Below are positions 26,322-33,377 of a DNA stretch of 33,377 nucleotides, in pieces. The DNA lies in the IMG/VR virus record IMGVR_UViG_3300020043_001113, positions 1 to 33,377 of that record. One strand, written 5' to 3'. The notes beneath the pieces are model-generated. The model was not told the DNA's origin. It ran no database searches and worked only from the letters and a program-made list of their open reading frames with translations. The position numbers and the translations under genes were made by a program. Each line of letters opens with the position of its first letter. Positions within the stretch are counted from its first letter, which is position 1. The stretch comes from a virus. Its lineage: Duplodnaviria; Caudoviricetes.

Positions 26322-26345
26322 AAAGGGCAGCCTACGCCACCCTTT
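26322..26345 (-). terminator. Stem-loop (terminator/attenuator-like) just upstream of terL
   Basis: Minus-strand AAAGGGTGGC-GTAG-GCTGCCCTTT, with two G-U pairs that work only on this strand, followed by GTTAT and the terL ATG 8 nt later. Confidence 0.45.
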
Positions 26346-26383
26346 ACCTAACCAAACTAAATCGCTATGTTGTGTCAATCGCA

Positions 26384-26391
26384 CAAATATA
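26384..26391 (-). promoter_or_regulatory. Bacteroidota -7 element (TATATTTG) between terS and terL
   Basis: Exact TAnnTTTG match in an intergenic region; no -33 element at canonical spacing. Confidence 0.4.
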
Positions 26392-26396
26392 CAAAA

Positions 26397-26792
26397 TTAT
26401 TCAAAATCAAACCTATCCACGTTTCGGGTTTCAACCTGCTGCCGGTCATGCATGCCCAGCTTGTTCTTGGCATAGAATATACCCTTACCCTCATTGCCCA
26501 CAATATCACGTGCCAGGCTGTCAAATTCGTCTGATATATTTTTAATAGTGTGCGATTTGGGGCCATCTGTCCTCAGCCAATCGTACCATGTCCTCCTTGC
26601 AATCAGCTCCATTCCTTCCTGCATTGGTATCCATATCCTCAGAAAGTAATCAATGGTAGGTATATGCCTATCCGGTACCTGTACCACCTTGCCATTACCT
26701 GATACGTGAGGTCTTGTATGGTTGATGCACTCCTGAATGTACTGCCAAGCATACGCCTCCAATTTGTCAATTGTGTCTTGTCCTTTCGCCAT
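26397..26792 (-). CDS. terS: Terminase small subunit
   Basis: 131 aa, directly upstream of terL; HTH-like PTI..F...RRTWYDW and IFYAKNKLG..D motifs. Confidence 0.75.
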   Translation of the reverse strand: MAKGQDTIDKLEAYAWQYIQECINHTRPHVSGNGKVVQVPDRHIPTIDYFLRIWIPMQEGMELIARRTWYDWLRTDGPKSHTIKNISDEFDSLARDIVGNEGKGIFYAKNKLGMHDRQQVETRNVDRFDFE

Positions 26793-26803
26793 GCCAAACC
26801 TAA

Positions 26804-26818
26804 TTATGTATTTCTGTT
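26804..26818 (-). promoter_or_regulatory. Putative phage late-promoter motif AACA-GAAA-TACATAA upstream of terS
   Basis: Exact motif ending 11 nt before the ATG at 26792. Confidence 0.7.
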
Positions 26819-26820
26819 CT

Positions 26821-26867
26821 ATTTAACATAATATATCTATATATATATATTATTATTATTATTATTT
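26821..26867. repeat. AT microsatellite: (TA)n followed by (TTA)5
   Basis: ATATATCTATATATATATATTATTATTATTATTATTT, seen directly. Confidence 0.8.
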
Positions 26868-27014
26868 CTTCTTCTTTTTGTATTGTGTATACTGTGCTGA
26901 GCATACAGCCACCCTCTGATTGGCAGGATATTCCTCATTCATCTTAGGATCACTTAGGCATCGTTTCATGTAGTCAGCCTCTTTCTCGTTTGGTTTCGGT
27001 TTAGGTATTGGCAT
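26862..27014 (-). CDS. 50-aa basic protein (MPIPKPKPNEKEADYMKRC...QRVAVC...KKKKK); not in the ORF track
   Basis: Translated by hand. The P.P..E....(F/Y)..RC...M..EYP...QR.A.C pattern recurs in phage head/packaging regions; the ORF ends in five tandem TAA codons. Confidence 0.7.
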   Translation of the reverse strand: MPIPKPKPNEKEADYMKRCLSDPKMNEEYPANQRVAVCSAQYTQYKKKKK

Positions 27015-27019
27015 ATCTG

Positions 27020-27556
27020 TTAATTTACTCGTTCATAGTTTAGCAACCACACCTTAGGACTTAGCTCCTCCTCAATTGAGCAATGCCAATCATGAAATCC
27101 TAATTTAAAGTGTTCACGCTGTAGGTTAAATGTATGGAATTCATCCACCTCAATATCCATACCGGTCAGAATTATGATGTTCTGCCGGGCAGCATCCTTC
27201 ATCCGGTCACATGCTTGGAAGAAATCACGGCAATTGTCCAGGACAGCAAACGCCACCACCGTATCAACCTGAATACCTTCCAAGTCCTCCACGGCCATCT
27301 TGATGGTATCGGTACCATCTATAGGGAATGCATCTATGCCAATGTATTCCACATCAGTAGGTAGGCATGTCCTTAGGTGCTGTCCTCCACATCCCACATC
27401 AAGGATGCTATTGCCTACGCCACACTTAATTAGATGGCTGGCATAATCTGCCACAGGCTTGGTGCAGTGAATGTTGTCATAGTTATGGCCGTTTGCCATA
27501 CGCCTGGCAATTAGGTTAATGGTTGCCAGCTCCCACCTTGCTCTTGATACCTTCAT
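27020..27556 (-). CDS. Class I SAM-dependent methyltransferase (small-molecule/glycan type)
   Basis: SILDVGCG motif I, YIGID and DTVVAFAVL; no DNA-methyltransferase DPPY/NPPY/PC motif. Confidence 0.8.
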   Translation of the reverse strand: MKVSRARWELATINLIARRMANGHNYDNIHCTKPVADYASHLIKCGVGNSILDVGCGGQHLRTCLPTDVEYIGIDAFPIDGTDTIKMAVEDLEGIQVDTVVAFAVLDNCRDFFQACDRMKDAARQNIIILTGMDIEVDEFHTFNLQREHFKLGFHDWHCSIEEELSPKVWLLNYERVN

Positions 27557-28232
27557 GGTGTTTTAACATATTAATTTTATCTTGATTATTTTTTGCAATC
27601 TGTTCCGGGCTTTTCTTCCGTACCTTGCTCATATCTGTATCTCTGTGTACATATGTCCATGTAGGTATGGGATTATATGCAAATACATTTCCCTCACCTT
27701 CATATACCCTCAGCCATAAATCCCAATAGGCCATGTTGTTCCATTGCTGATGGAATGGCAGGTATTTGTCAAGGATGTACCTGGTGATCATTGAGCAGTC
27801 AGATACAAAGTTGTTCTGTAGGTGCCTTTGGTAGTCATAGTCATGGAATGGCTGTAATTTTCTGCCGTTCATTTTGTGTACATAGAACGATGAGTAACAC
27901 ACATGTGCCTTGGTGCGTATCAATGTATCAATCTCCATCAGTATCTTGTGAGGCTGTGCATAGTCATTGCCGGATGCCCAACAGAAATACTCACCTTTGA
28001 CCATTGGCAGCGCATTGTTAATCTGTTGGAATGAGCCAAATGGACTCTTACCTACATGCTTGGCCTTTGGCAGTATTGCCCAATCAACCCCTTTAATGTA
28101 CTTCAATGACTTGTCACCTTCCACTGTGCTAATGATTAGCTGATCACATTGGTCAATATATGAGTCCACTGCTCTCCTTAGGATATTAGGATCCTCATTG
28201 TAGGTATTAATTATTACGCTGGATTTCATCAA
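27516..28232 (-). CDS. Glycosyltransferase family 2 (GT-A)
   Basis: SVIINTYNE...LRRAVDS, GEYFCWASGND (degenerate DxD) and YWDLWLR. Confidence 0.8.
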   Translation of the reverse strand: MMKSSVIINTYNEDPNILRRAVDSYIDQCDQLIISTVEGDKSLKYIKGVDWAILPKAKHVGKSPFGSFQQINNALPMVKGEYFCWASGNDYAQPHKILMEIDTLIRTKAHVCYSSFYVHKMNGRKLQPFHDYDYQRHLQNNFVSDCSMITRYILDKYLPFHQQWNNMAYWDLWLRVYEGEGNVFAYNPIPTWTYVHRDTDMSKVRKKSPEQIAKNNQDKINMLKHHEGIKSKVGAGNH

Positions 28233-29109
28233 TTATCTGTTTAATGCGTTTGCCTGTTGCCTCTATGCTGTGTTTACCTCTGAATCCGAAATGTAATCTG
28301 TTGCGCATCTCCTTGAATTCATCACGTGGCATATCAAGTGACTCAATCGTTTGGATGAATGACATCTCATCATTGGGTGTAAGAAATGGATGCTCACCGT
28401 ATACATCCTCGTATGCCTTCCTGTTCAGGTTGTTTGTTACCACCACGGCTCCCAACGCTGTGGCTTCAAAAGCTGTAACACCAAAACAACCATAAGGCTG
28501 CCCATTCTGTGTGGGATTAAATAACTCAATATATATATCAGCCAATCCAATGCGGTATAGATTCTTTTCATGTGGCTCTCTGTTTGTGTTAATGTCAATC
28601 TCAAACCTATCTTTAAACGGCTCCAATAGTCTTTGGATGGTCTTGGTACCCTTCACCTGGTGATTGGATGGATAATGTGCTATGCGCAACTTGGTCCTGT
28701 ATGGCCTTTGGGCAGGTTGCAATGTGGTATGCGGTGCCACATATCTCATTGTAGGGTCATGCAGCAGGAATTCACACTGATCTGTGGCAATGATTCTGCC
28801 CTGGTACAGGTCATCATAATATCGTTTGTTCATCCGGTACCTTGTGCCTGTATGGTACACCACTATGTTGGAATGTGCCATAATCAGCATGTAGGTTTTT
28901 TCACAGGAATGGAATAGCTGAATGACATCATAGTCCATATACCGATCCATGATGTGCTTGGCTGTCACTAATTCAGATTGGCTGGTGTACTGAAATGCAT
29001 GTACTGACATAGTCCAATCGTCACATTGTATACCAATAGACCTCAATGCCTCAGCATTGTTGTGGCTCATATTGGCATAATCCACGGATGAAACATTCAG
29101 CACTCTCAT
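28207..29109 (-). CDS. Glycosyltransferase, GT-B fold (GT4-like)
   Basis: IAHYPSN..VKGT..I, ADIYIE and FGVTAFEATALG.VVV (E-x7-E-like signature region). Confidence 0.7.
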   Translation of the reverse strand: MRVLNVSSVDYANMSHNNAEALRSIGIQCDDWTMSVHAFQYTSQSELVTAKHIMDRYMDYDVIQLFHSCEKTYMLIMAHSNIVVYHTGTRYRMNKRYYDDLYQGRIIATDQCEFLLHDPTMRYVAPHTTLQPAQRPYRTKLRIAHYPSNHQVKGTKTIQRLLEPFKDRFEIDINTNREPHEKNLYRIGLADIYIELFNPTQNGQPYGCFGVTAFEATALGAVVVTNNLNRKAYEDVYGEHPFLTPNDEMSFIQTIESLDMPRDEFKEMRNRLHFGFRGKHSIEATGKRIKQIIDEIQRNN

Positions 29110-29279
29110 ATCTCTTCAGTCAATTCACGCACTTCAATGAACGATTGGCAATAGGCATTGTCAACCAGGCACACATACTCATCGTTGTGGTCATCAAAGA
29201 ATAGGTATTTTACCACATGCCAATGCTTGCCGTCCTCTGTTGCCTCGCACATATCACCCATATCAATGTGTTTATGCAT
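29106..29279 (-). CDS. Small hypothetical protein, 57 aa (MHKHIDMGDMCEATEDG...); not in the ORF track
   Basis: Translated by hand; fills the gap and has an ATGA overlap with the GT-B gene. Confidence 0.6.
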   Translation of the reverse strand: MHKHIDMGDMCEATEDGKHWHVVKYLFFDDHNDEYVCLVDNAYCQSFIEVRELTEEI

Positions 29280-29622
29280 TGCTTAGTAACTCAATCAGTT
29301 CTGCTTTCTTGTAATTACCTTTGAATCCCTTGCTGCTTGCCAATGCCTTCAACTCCTTGAATGACATCTCATCCAATGGTGCCTGTGTAATTCCTTTAAA
29401 CGGTATTTTTTTGATAGCTGGTTGCTTTGGCTTGGCATCCATTGCAGCCACAAGGTCACGCATAGCATTACGTATGCATGTGCCACAGCTTATGTTTAAT
29501 ACCTTGTTCTGTGTATCCTTGTACCATATAGCCAATTCTGACTTGGTGACGTTATTCAGGTTGAATGACCTTGTCCGGTTGTATCTCTCAGCCTGTTGCT
29601 GTAGGTCGTTACTTATTTTCAT
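29272..29622 (-). CDS. Hypothetical protein with a CxxC motif and a C-terminal HeH/SAP/Rho-N-like domain
   Basis: SCGTCI; LDEMSFKELKALASSKGFKG..KKAELIELL. Confidence 0.65.
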   Translation of the reverse strand: MKISNDLQQQAERYNRTRSFNLNNVTKSELAIWYKDTQNKVLNISCGTCIRNAMRDLVAAMDAKPKQPAIKKIPFKGITQAPLDEMSFKELKALASSKGFKGNYKKAELIELLSNA

Positions 29623-29815
29623 ATATCAAAATTAAATCACTTATCAAATACGCTATAAAACTTATGCCCATCAGTTCCCATTCTGTGATGGCACACACTA
29701 TCATGCATGACCAAAAAGCCAAACAGGATTGGCAATTGAATGGTTTAATGTCAGGCAGTCTCAATGTCTGCAATGCACGGGCTATCCCTATGCTCATAAG
29801 AATGATGTATATCAT
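29609..29815 (-). CDS. Small membrane protein with a KPFNCxxC..FW motif
   Basis: Hydrophobic segments flank KPFNCQSCLAFW. Confidence 0.65.
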   Translation of the reverse strand: MIYIILMSIGIARALQTLRLPDIKPFNCQSCLAFWSCMIVCAITEWELMGISFIAYLISDLILIYENK

Positions 29816-30254
29816 GTTTAACTTGTTTAATTGCTTTGTGAATAATGTTCAGAGATATGCCTGTCTCGGCTTGTATCTCCCTGTATGTCATGCCATAAAG
29901 GTACATCTTTGTAATCTCTTTACAAAATACGTCACTTTCATCTGATGGTGATTGATCCATGTACTGATCAAGGAACATCCTTAATGCTGATGGCTCTAGG
30001 TCATCCATATCTGATGGCAATAAATCAGAAAGCTCCACCGTATTGGCAGAGCCTCTGAACATCTTATTGAAATCTGATTGATACCAATTCCATTGGTTGT
30101 GTGCGAACCTTACAAAGGTACGTGGTAGGTCTTCCTCCTGTACATCATACTTGTCCATGAGTATATACACATGACTGACCAAGTCCTCATACAAAGGATT
30201 TCCCCTGGTGATGGACTTAGCCAGCCTGTATGCGTCAACCTTCCAAAACTTCAC
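29751..30254 (-). CDS. Phage-encoded sigma-70/ECF-like transcription factor
   Basis: Region-2-like EDLVSHVYI and region-4 HTH YLYGMTYREIQAETGISLNIIHKAIK. Confidence 0.7.
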   Translation of the reverse strand: MKFWKVDAYRLAKSITRGNPLYEDLVSHVYILMDKYDVQEEDLPRTFVRFAHNQWNWYQSDFNKMFRGSANTVELSDLLPSDMDDLEPSALRMFLDQYMDQSPSDESDVFCKEITKMYLYGMTYREIQAETGISLNIIHKAIKQVKHDIHHSYEHRDSPCIADIETA

Positions 30255-30459
30255 CCTGTGAATTTAATAAAAAACGAAACGCCTTATTGATAAATGCCTC
30301 ATTCATTTGCTCTCCTCGCATAAATCTCCATAGTGAATGGTAAGTCACATCCATATCAAGAGCCATGAATCCAATCTTATACCTTGGTGTGATCATTTGA
30401 ATAAGCTGATCACGTATCCATTCGGTCAATTGGTAGTCCTTAGAAAGGGAGATCGTCAT
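30235..30459 (-). CDS. Small HTH-like protein (likely start 30459; ORF extends to 30513)
   Basis: MALDMDVTYHSLWRFMRG resembles a Cro/XRE-like HTH. Confidence 0.45.
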   Translation of the reverse strand: MTISLSKDYQLTEWIRDQLIQMITPRYKIGFMALDMDVTYHSLWRFMRGEQMNEAFINKAFRFLLNSQGEVLEG

Positions 30460-30682
30460 CTTCCTGGGCTTGCTTAGGTGCTGCTTGATTACCTTGCTCA
30501 TTGTTGTATTCACTTAGTTGAATACTCATAAACTTGTTTCCTGCCTTGGACTCCTTTATCCATGCTGCCAATCGTTTGCGCTCACCATTGATGGTGATGT
30601 TCCCGGTGTAGTCAGGTTGATTGCTACCCTGTACCTTCTTGTCGTTGCGGAACAATGCCCCGCTGTTGTCTTGGTTTTCCAT
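30440..30682 (-). CDS. Single-stranded DNA-binding protein-like
   Basis: GALF.N.KK....PDY.G...AAW, with an acidic SSB-type tail EDDDLPF. Confidence 0.7.
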   Translation of the reverse strand: MENQDNSGALFRNDKKVQGSNQPDYTGNITINGERKRLAAWIKESKAGNKFMSIQLSEYNNEQGNQAAPKQAQEDDDLPF

Positions 30683-30698
30683 GTTTGTTTTGTATTAA

Positions 30699-30911
30699 TT
30701 AATTTACTCGCTCAGGGAAATATACCGGCTCATCAAAATCAATGAGATTGTTAAAGGTTTTTTCCGTTAATGCCTCAGCATATTTGAATGCCATCTCTGC
30801 AGCACTCATGTAAGGTTGTGGGCTATCAATTTCATACCCATTACCATTTGCAGATAACAAGCCATTCATGGCTGCAATCATTGCCTGTTGAAAGAATTCT
30901 TTTCTATTCAT
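30699..30911 (-). CDS. Hypothetical phage protein
   Basis: R.EFF..A..AAM.GLL...A..YA.AL pattern; tiles the operon. Confidence 0.6.
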   Translation of the reverse strand: MNRKEFFQQAMIAAMNGLLSANGNGYEIDSPQPYMSAAEMAFKYAEALTEKTFNNLIDFDEPVYFPERVN

Positions 30912-30912
30912 G

Positions 30913-31275
30913 TTATTTGTTTTTATGTTTATATATTTTACCCTTACCCACCTCTGTGATGGTCACCTGTAGCACTCCCTTGCGTATCATGTTCATCTGC
31001 TTGGCTGCTCCATATGTCAAGTCAATCAATACACCGCTTGACTTAGGCAACCGATCATTTACCTTCACCACAATCTCATTATCTGACTTTGTATCCTGGA
31101 CACATAGCAATGTGCCGAACGGAAGAGTCTTGTGTGCGCATGTCAGACTATCTGCATGAAATCTCTCACCGCTTGCAGTAAGCCTCCCTGTCCAATGTTC
31201 TCCGTAATAGGTAGCCTTACCCTTGGATGAATATAGAAATGCGCTCAGAATGGCTAAAAATAGCATCTTTATCAT
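30913..31275 (-). CDS. rlpA: RlpA-like double-psi beta-barrel protein (lytic transglycosylase-like) with a signal peptide
   Basis: GKATYYG...G.LTASGERF....LTCAHKTLPFGT...VKVNDR.P....IDL..GAA matches the RlpA DPBB signature. Confidence 0.85.
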   Translation of the reverse strand: MIKMLFLAILSAFLYSSKGKATYYGEHWTGRLTASGERFHADSLTCAHKTLPFGTLLCVQDTKSDNEIVVKVNDRLPKSSGVLIDLTYGAAKQMNMIRKGVLQVTITEVGKGKIYKHKNK

Positions 31276-31520
31276 TAGTCCAATTGTTTAGGTGAATCAA
31301 TACTCTTGAATAGTTCAGTCTTTGAGTCCAATCTTCCGGTGACTTTGATGAAATCAACCTCAATTTTTGCTGATTGGATGATCATGCTGGATAGATTGGC
31401 CACTGCATTGGCTTTCTTTATCTCATTTTCCAATTGTTCAGGTGTTAGTTGATCGTCATCAATGCGCTCCAATGCGCTGAAAATGTGGTCACGTAGATCA
31501 CTTAGCTTGTTTTTTGCCAT
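31275..31520 (-). CDS. Conserved hypothetical phage protein
   Basis: N.L.DL..H.F..LER.DD.......EI..A.AV pattern; coupled to the HNH gene. Confidence 0.65.
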   Translation of the reverse strand: MAKNKLSDLRDHIFSALERIDDDQLTPEQLENEIKKANAVANLSSMIIQSAKIEVDFIKVTGRLDSKTELFKSIDSPKQLD

Positions 31521-32136
31521 GTTCTTGTATTTTTTTGGTTAACTTATTCTTTAATTTTACTATCTCTCTGAGGTCTTCAGGTATTGTTGCATAGGAATTC
31601 CTCAGCATATTATCCTTCATTGTAATCATTTCAAGATTAGACAGCTCACAATTCATGCTATTGCCATCCTTAAATATGATTACCATGCCTCTTGGAATAG
31701 GTCCATGTTCCTGCATCCATATGTACCGATGGTACAACTCCCACTTATCCGCACTTATTTTGATGTATTTGTAGGCAATGCCAATCTTATCCCTGCGTAT
31801 GGTAATTGTATTGATTGGTTTATGATTGGCAGGTACGTGTCCAGGTGGAAAAAATGTTCGGGCCATCTGCTGATATACTTCAGGGCTTACCTTCTTGCCT
31901 TTGTTATGTGCAGGCTGTCCCTTCTTAAATTCTGTAGCTGGATTATATCGCACTCCCTTTTGGAATACCCCGGAATTTGGATCCTTATGCCATCCCTCAG
32001 GCTTTCTGAATCCATGTCTCATTGCAACTCTATACACCACAGCCTTAGGTATGCCCAACTTGTGAGCAATAACCTTGGCTATGTTGGTTGAATACATGGA
32101 CTTGATAGCCTCCACTAATTCAGGTGTGTATTTCAT
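31498..32136 (-). CDS. HNH endonuclease with N-terminal F.KG..P.N repeats
   Basis: HRYIW...HGPIP.G..I.FKDGN..NC.LSNL; repeats FQKG, FKKGQPAHN and FPPGHVPAN. Confidence 0.85.
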   Translation of the reverse strand: MKYTPELVEAIKSMYSTNIAKVIAHKLGIPKAVVYRVAMRHGFRKPEGWHKDPNSGVFQKGVRYNPATEFKKGQPAHNKGKKVSPEVYQQMARTFFPPGHVPANHKPINTITIRRDKIGIAYKYIKISADKWELYHRYIWMQEHGPIPRGMVIIFKDGNSMNCELSNLEMITMKDNMLRNSYATIPEDLREIVKLKNKLTKKIQEHGKKQAK

Positions 32137-32768
32137 TGATCAAGTTTTGATTGTAATATCTCAGCCATGTACTCATTGTAGAAATTCCATGCTGCCTCCA
32201 GCTTGTGAATCATTTGCTCCTGTAGATCAAAGTCACGTTCGTACTTTAGCACAGTGATGCGTCTGAATGGCTCCACATGATCAGCTTGATGCAAATCAGC
32301 GTATTCATACTTACAGAGATCCGGATCCGTTGTTACCATGCAGTACACTAGTTCAGCCTTTGGTCTATCGTATAGAAACATATAGGCTCTAAGCTGCCAT
32401 TCATACGCCTTGTTGATTCCTTCGCTTGGTGTAGCTGGCCATGTGGCCCATGACCATGATGTCTTGATATCAATCACCGTGTCCTCAGTTAGGATATCAC
32501 ATTCACCGGACATAAACATCCGTGTTTCTCTGCCCTGGTGTTTGGCATAGTTCTCAATCCTGACCTTGTTCAGCAGATCAATGCTGTCCTGTTCATGTGT
32601 CACCCCCTTGTCAATGTACTTGGATACAATTTGATTCTTAAATCCAAACACCTCCTGCTTGGCATTCATTCTGATCATTGCCTTGGCTGTCTCAGATAAC
32701 ACCTCTGACTTGTTCCGTGGTGCAGTCATTAAATCACCTATTTGGTGAGCCCTGATAATAGCATTCAT
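32133..32768 (-). CDS. YqaJ/lambda-exonuclease-like recombination nuclease
   Basis: KG...E..SI, GECD, IDIKTSW and YEWQLRAYM motifs; adjacent to ERF. Confidence 0.8.
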   Translation of the reverse strand: MNAIIRAHQIGDLMTAPRNKSEVLSETAKAMIRMNAKQEVFGFKNQIVSKYIDKGVTHEQDSIDLLNKVRIENYAKHQGRETRMFMSGECDILTEDTVIDIKTSWSWATWPATPSEGINKAYEWQLRAYMFLYDRPKAELVYCMVTTDPDLCKYEYADLHQADHVEPFRRITVLKYERDFDLQEQMIHKLEAAWNFYNEYMAEILQSKLDQ

Positions 32769-33286
32769 ACCGCTTCAATTAGTTTTGTTTGCTCCTCAGT
32801 TAACTCATATGTGGATGTGAATTTTTCCACGGTCCACTTAGCTGTACCATCTGCCAATGATTGGGCAAATTTCTTGACTAGGTCATCGGTTGCCTTGGGC
32901 TTGGATGGTGCTGCCTTGCTTGCACTTACTGCGTCATCGTCATCCGTTGTGGAGATGGACAGCAAGCTGCTCAATGTGTACCTGCGGAAGTAAGATATGG
33001 CACTTCCCATCTGCTGTGGATTGTTAATGGCTGGCAGTTCAATGCTTGACTCCACCATATCACCGCTATCAATATCAATCAGCTGTGTGATTACCTTGTT
33101 ATCACGTATTGGCTGCATGATAATCAAGCCAAAGCTAAACAGAACCGGCTCCACCGTGTCCAGGATAGCATTCAAATCTGCATAACGTGAGTGATGTGAT
33201 TGGGCATTCTTGTAGACCTTGCCAATCTCCCTCTTTGCATCCCATACCTTCCGGTACAGCGATGCTTGTACTTGTTCTTTTTTCAT
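32765..33286 (-). CDS. erf: ERF-family single-strand annealing protein (ATG at 33286; the ORF track starts at TTG 33310)
   Basis: YADL..I...V.P.L and Q.MGSAISY.RRY.L......DDD motifs. Confidence 0.9.
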   Translation of the reverse strand: MKKEQVQASLYRKVWDAKREIGKVYKNAQSHHSRYADLNAILDTVEPVLFSFGLIIMQPIRDNKVITQLIDIDSGDMVESSIELPAINNPQQMGSAISYFRRYTLSSLLSISTTDDDDAVSASKAAPSKPKATDDLVKKFAQSLADGTAKWTVEKFTSTYELTEEQTKLIEAV

Positions 33287-33377
33287 TCTCTCTCGTTTTA
33301 ATTTGTACAAATGTAAACTTTTTATTTCACTTCTGCAATGAATTTATCAAACCAATCAATAAATCCATCCACATCCC
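33257..33377. repeat. Direct terminal overlap, copy 2
   Basis: Identical to 1..121. Confidence 0.95.

Noticed and set aside
27020-27556. Methyltransferase as a DNA (anti-restriction) methylase
   Set aside because: It has no DPPY/NPPY or PC catalytic motif, and its size and context fit a glycan or small-molecule methyltransferase.
154-33185. Numerous plus-strand ORFs of 60-249 aa (e.g. 15786..16535, 17670..18224, 7073..7615)
   Set aside because: They are antisense shadows of well-supported minus-strand genes with no recognisable motifs. Only 15004..15645 occupies its own space.
1-33377. Stop-codon reassignment, diversity-generating retroelement, integrase/lysogeny module, tRNAs
   Set aside because: Genes tile densely in the standard code using TAA, TGA and TAG stops. 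I recognised no reverse transcriptase, recombinase, repressor pair or cloverleaf by eye; tRNAscan and HMM searches were not run.

Overview
The window is a complete, circularly permuted genome of a tailed dsDNA phage (Caudoviricetes, siphovirus-like), 33,256 bp plus a 121-bp end overlap. The host is probably Bacteroidota (Flavobacteriia-like), judged from TAnnTTTG promoter elements and the gene families present. Every credible gene but one is on the minus strand. In transcription order it carries: recombination/middle genes (ERF, YqaJ-like exonuclease, HNH, RlpA-like, SSB-like, sigma-like factor); a glyco-modification cluster (GT-B, GT2, SAM methyltransferase); terminase; tail genes; tape measure; a lone plus-strand Stealth-family phosphotransferase; head genes; portal; fibres; lysis genes; and an early cassette of micro-ORFs ending in a replication module (DnaA-domain-IV-like protein, iteron origin, primase-helicase, VRR-NUC). 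I found no integrase, repressor, tRNA, CRISPR array or reverse transcriptase. The main observations beyond the ORF track are: (1) a DnaA-box-like iteron origin between a DnaA-domain-IV-like gene and the primase-helicase; (2) a phage-specific motif AACA-N4-TACATAA, seen 4 times upstream of late genes; (3) a candidate virion phosphoglycan/glycosylation system; (4) a -1 frameshifted tail chaperone far from the tail tube gene; (5) an HNH-AP2 cassette flanked by 18-bp direct repeats that duplicate a stop/start junction; (6) near-total TCGA avoidance. All product calls come from motif recognition by eye, with no database searches.
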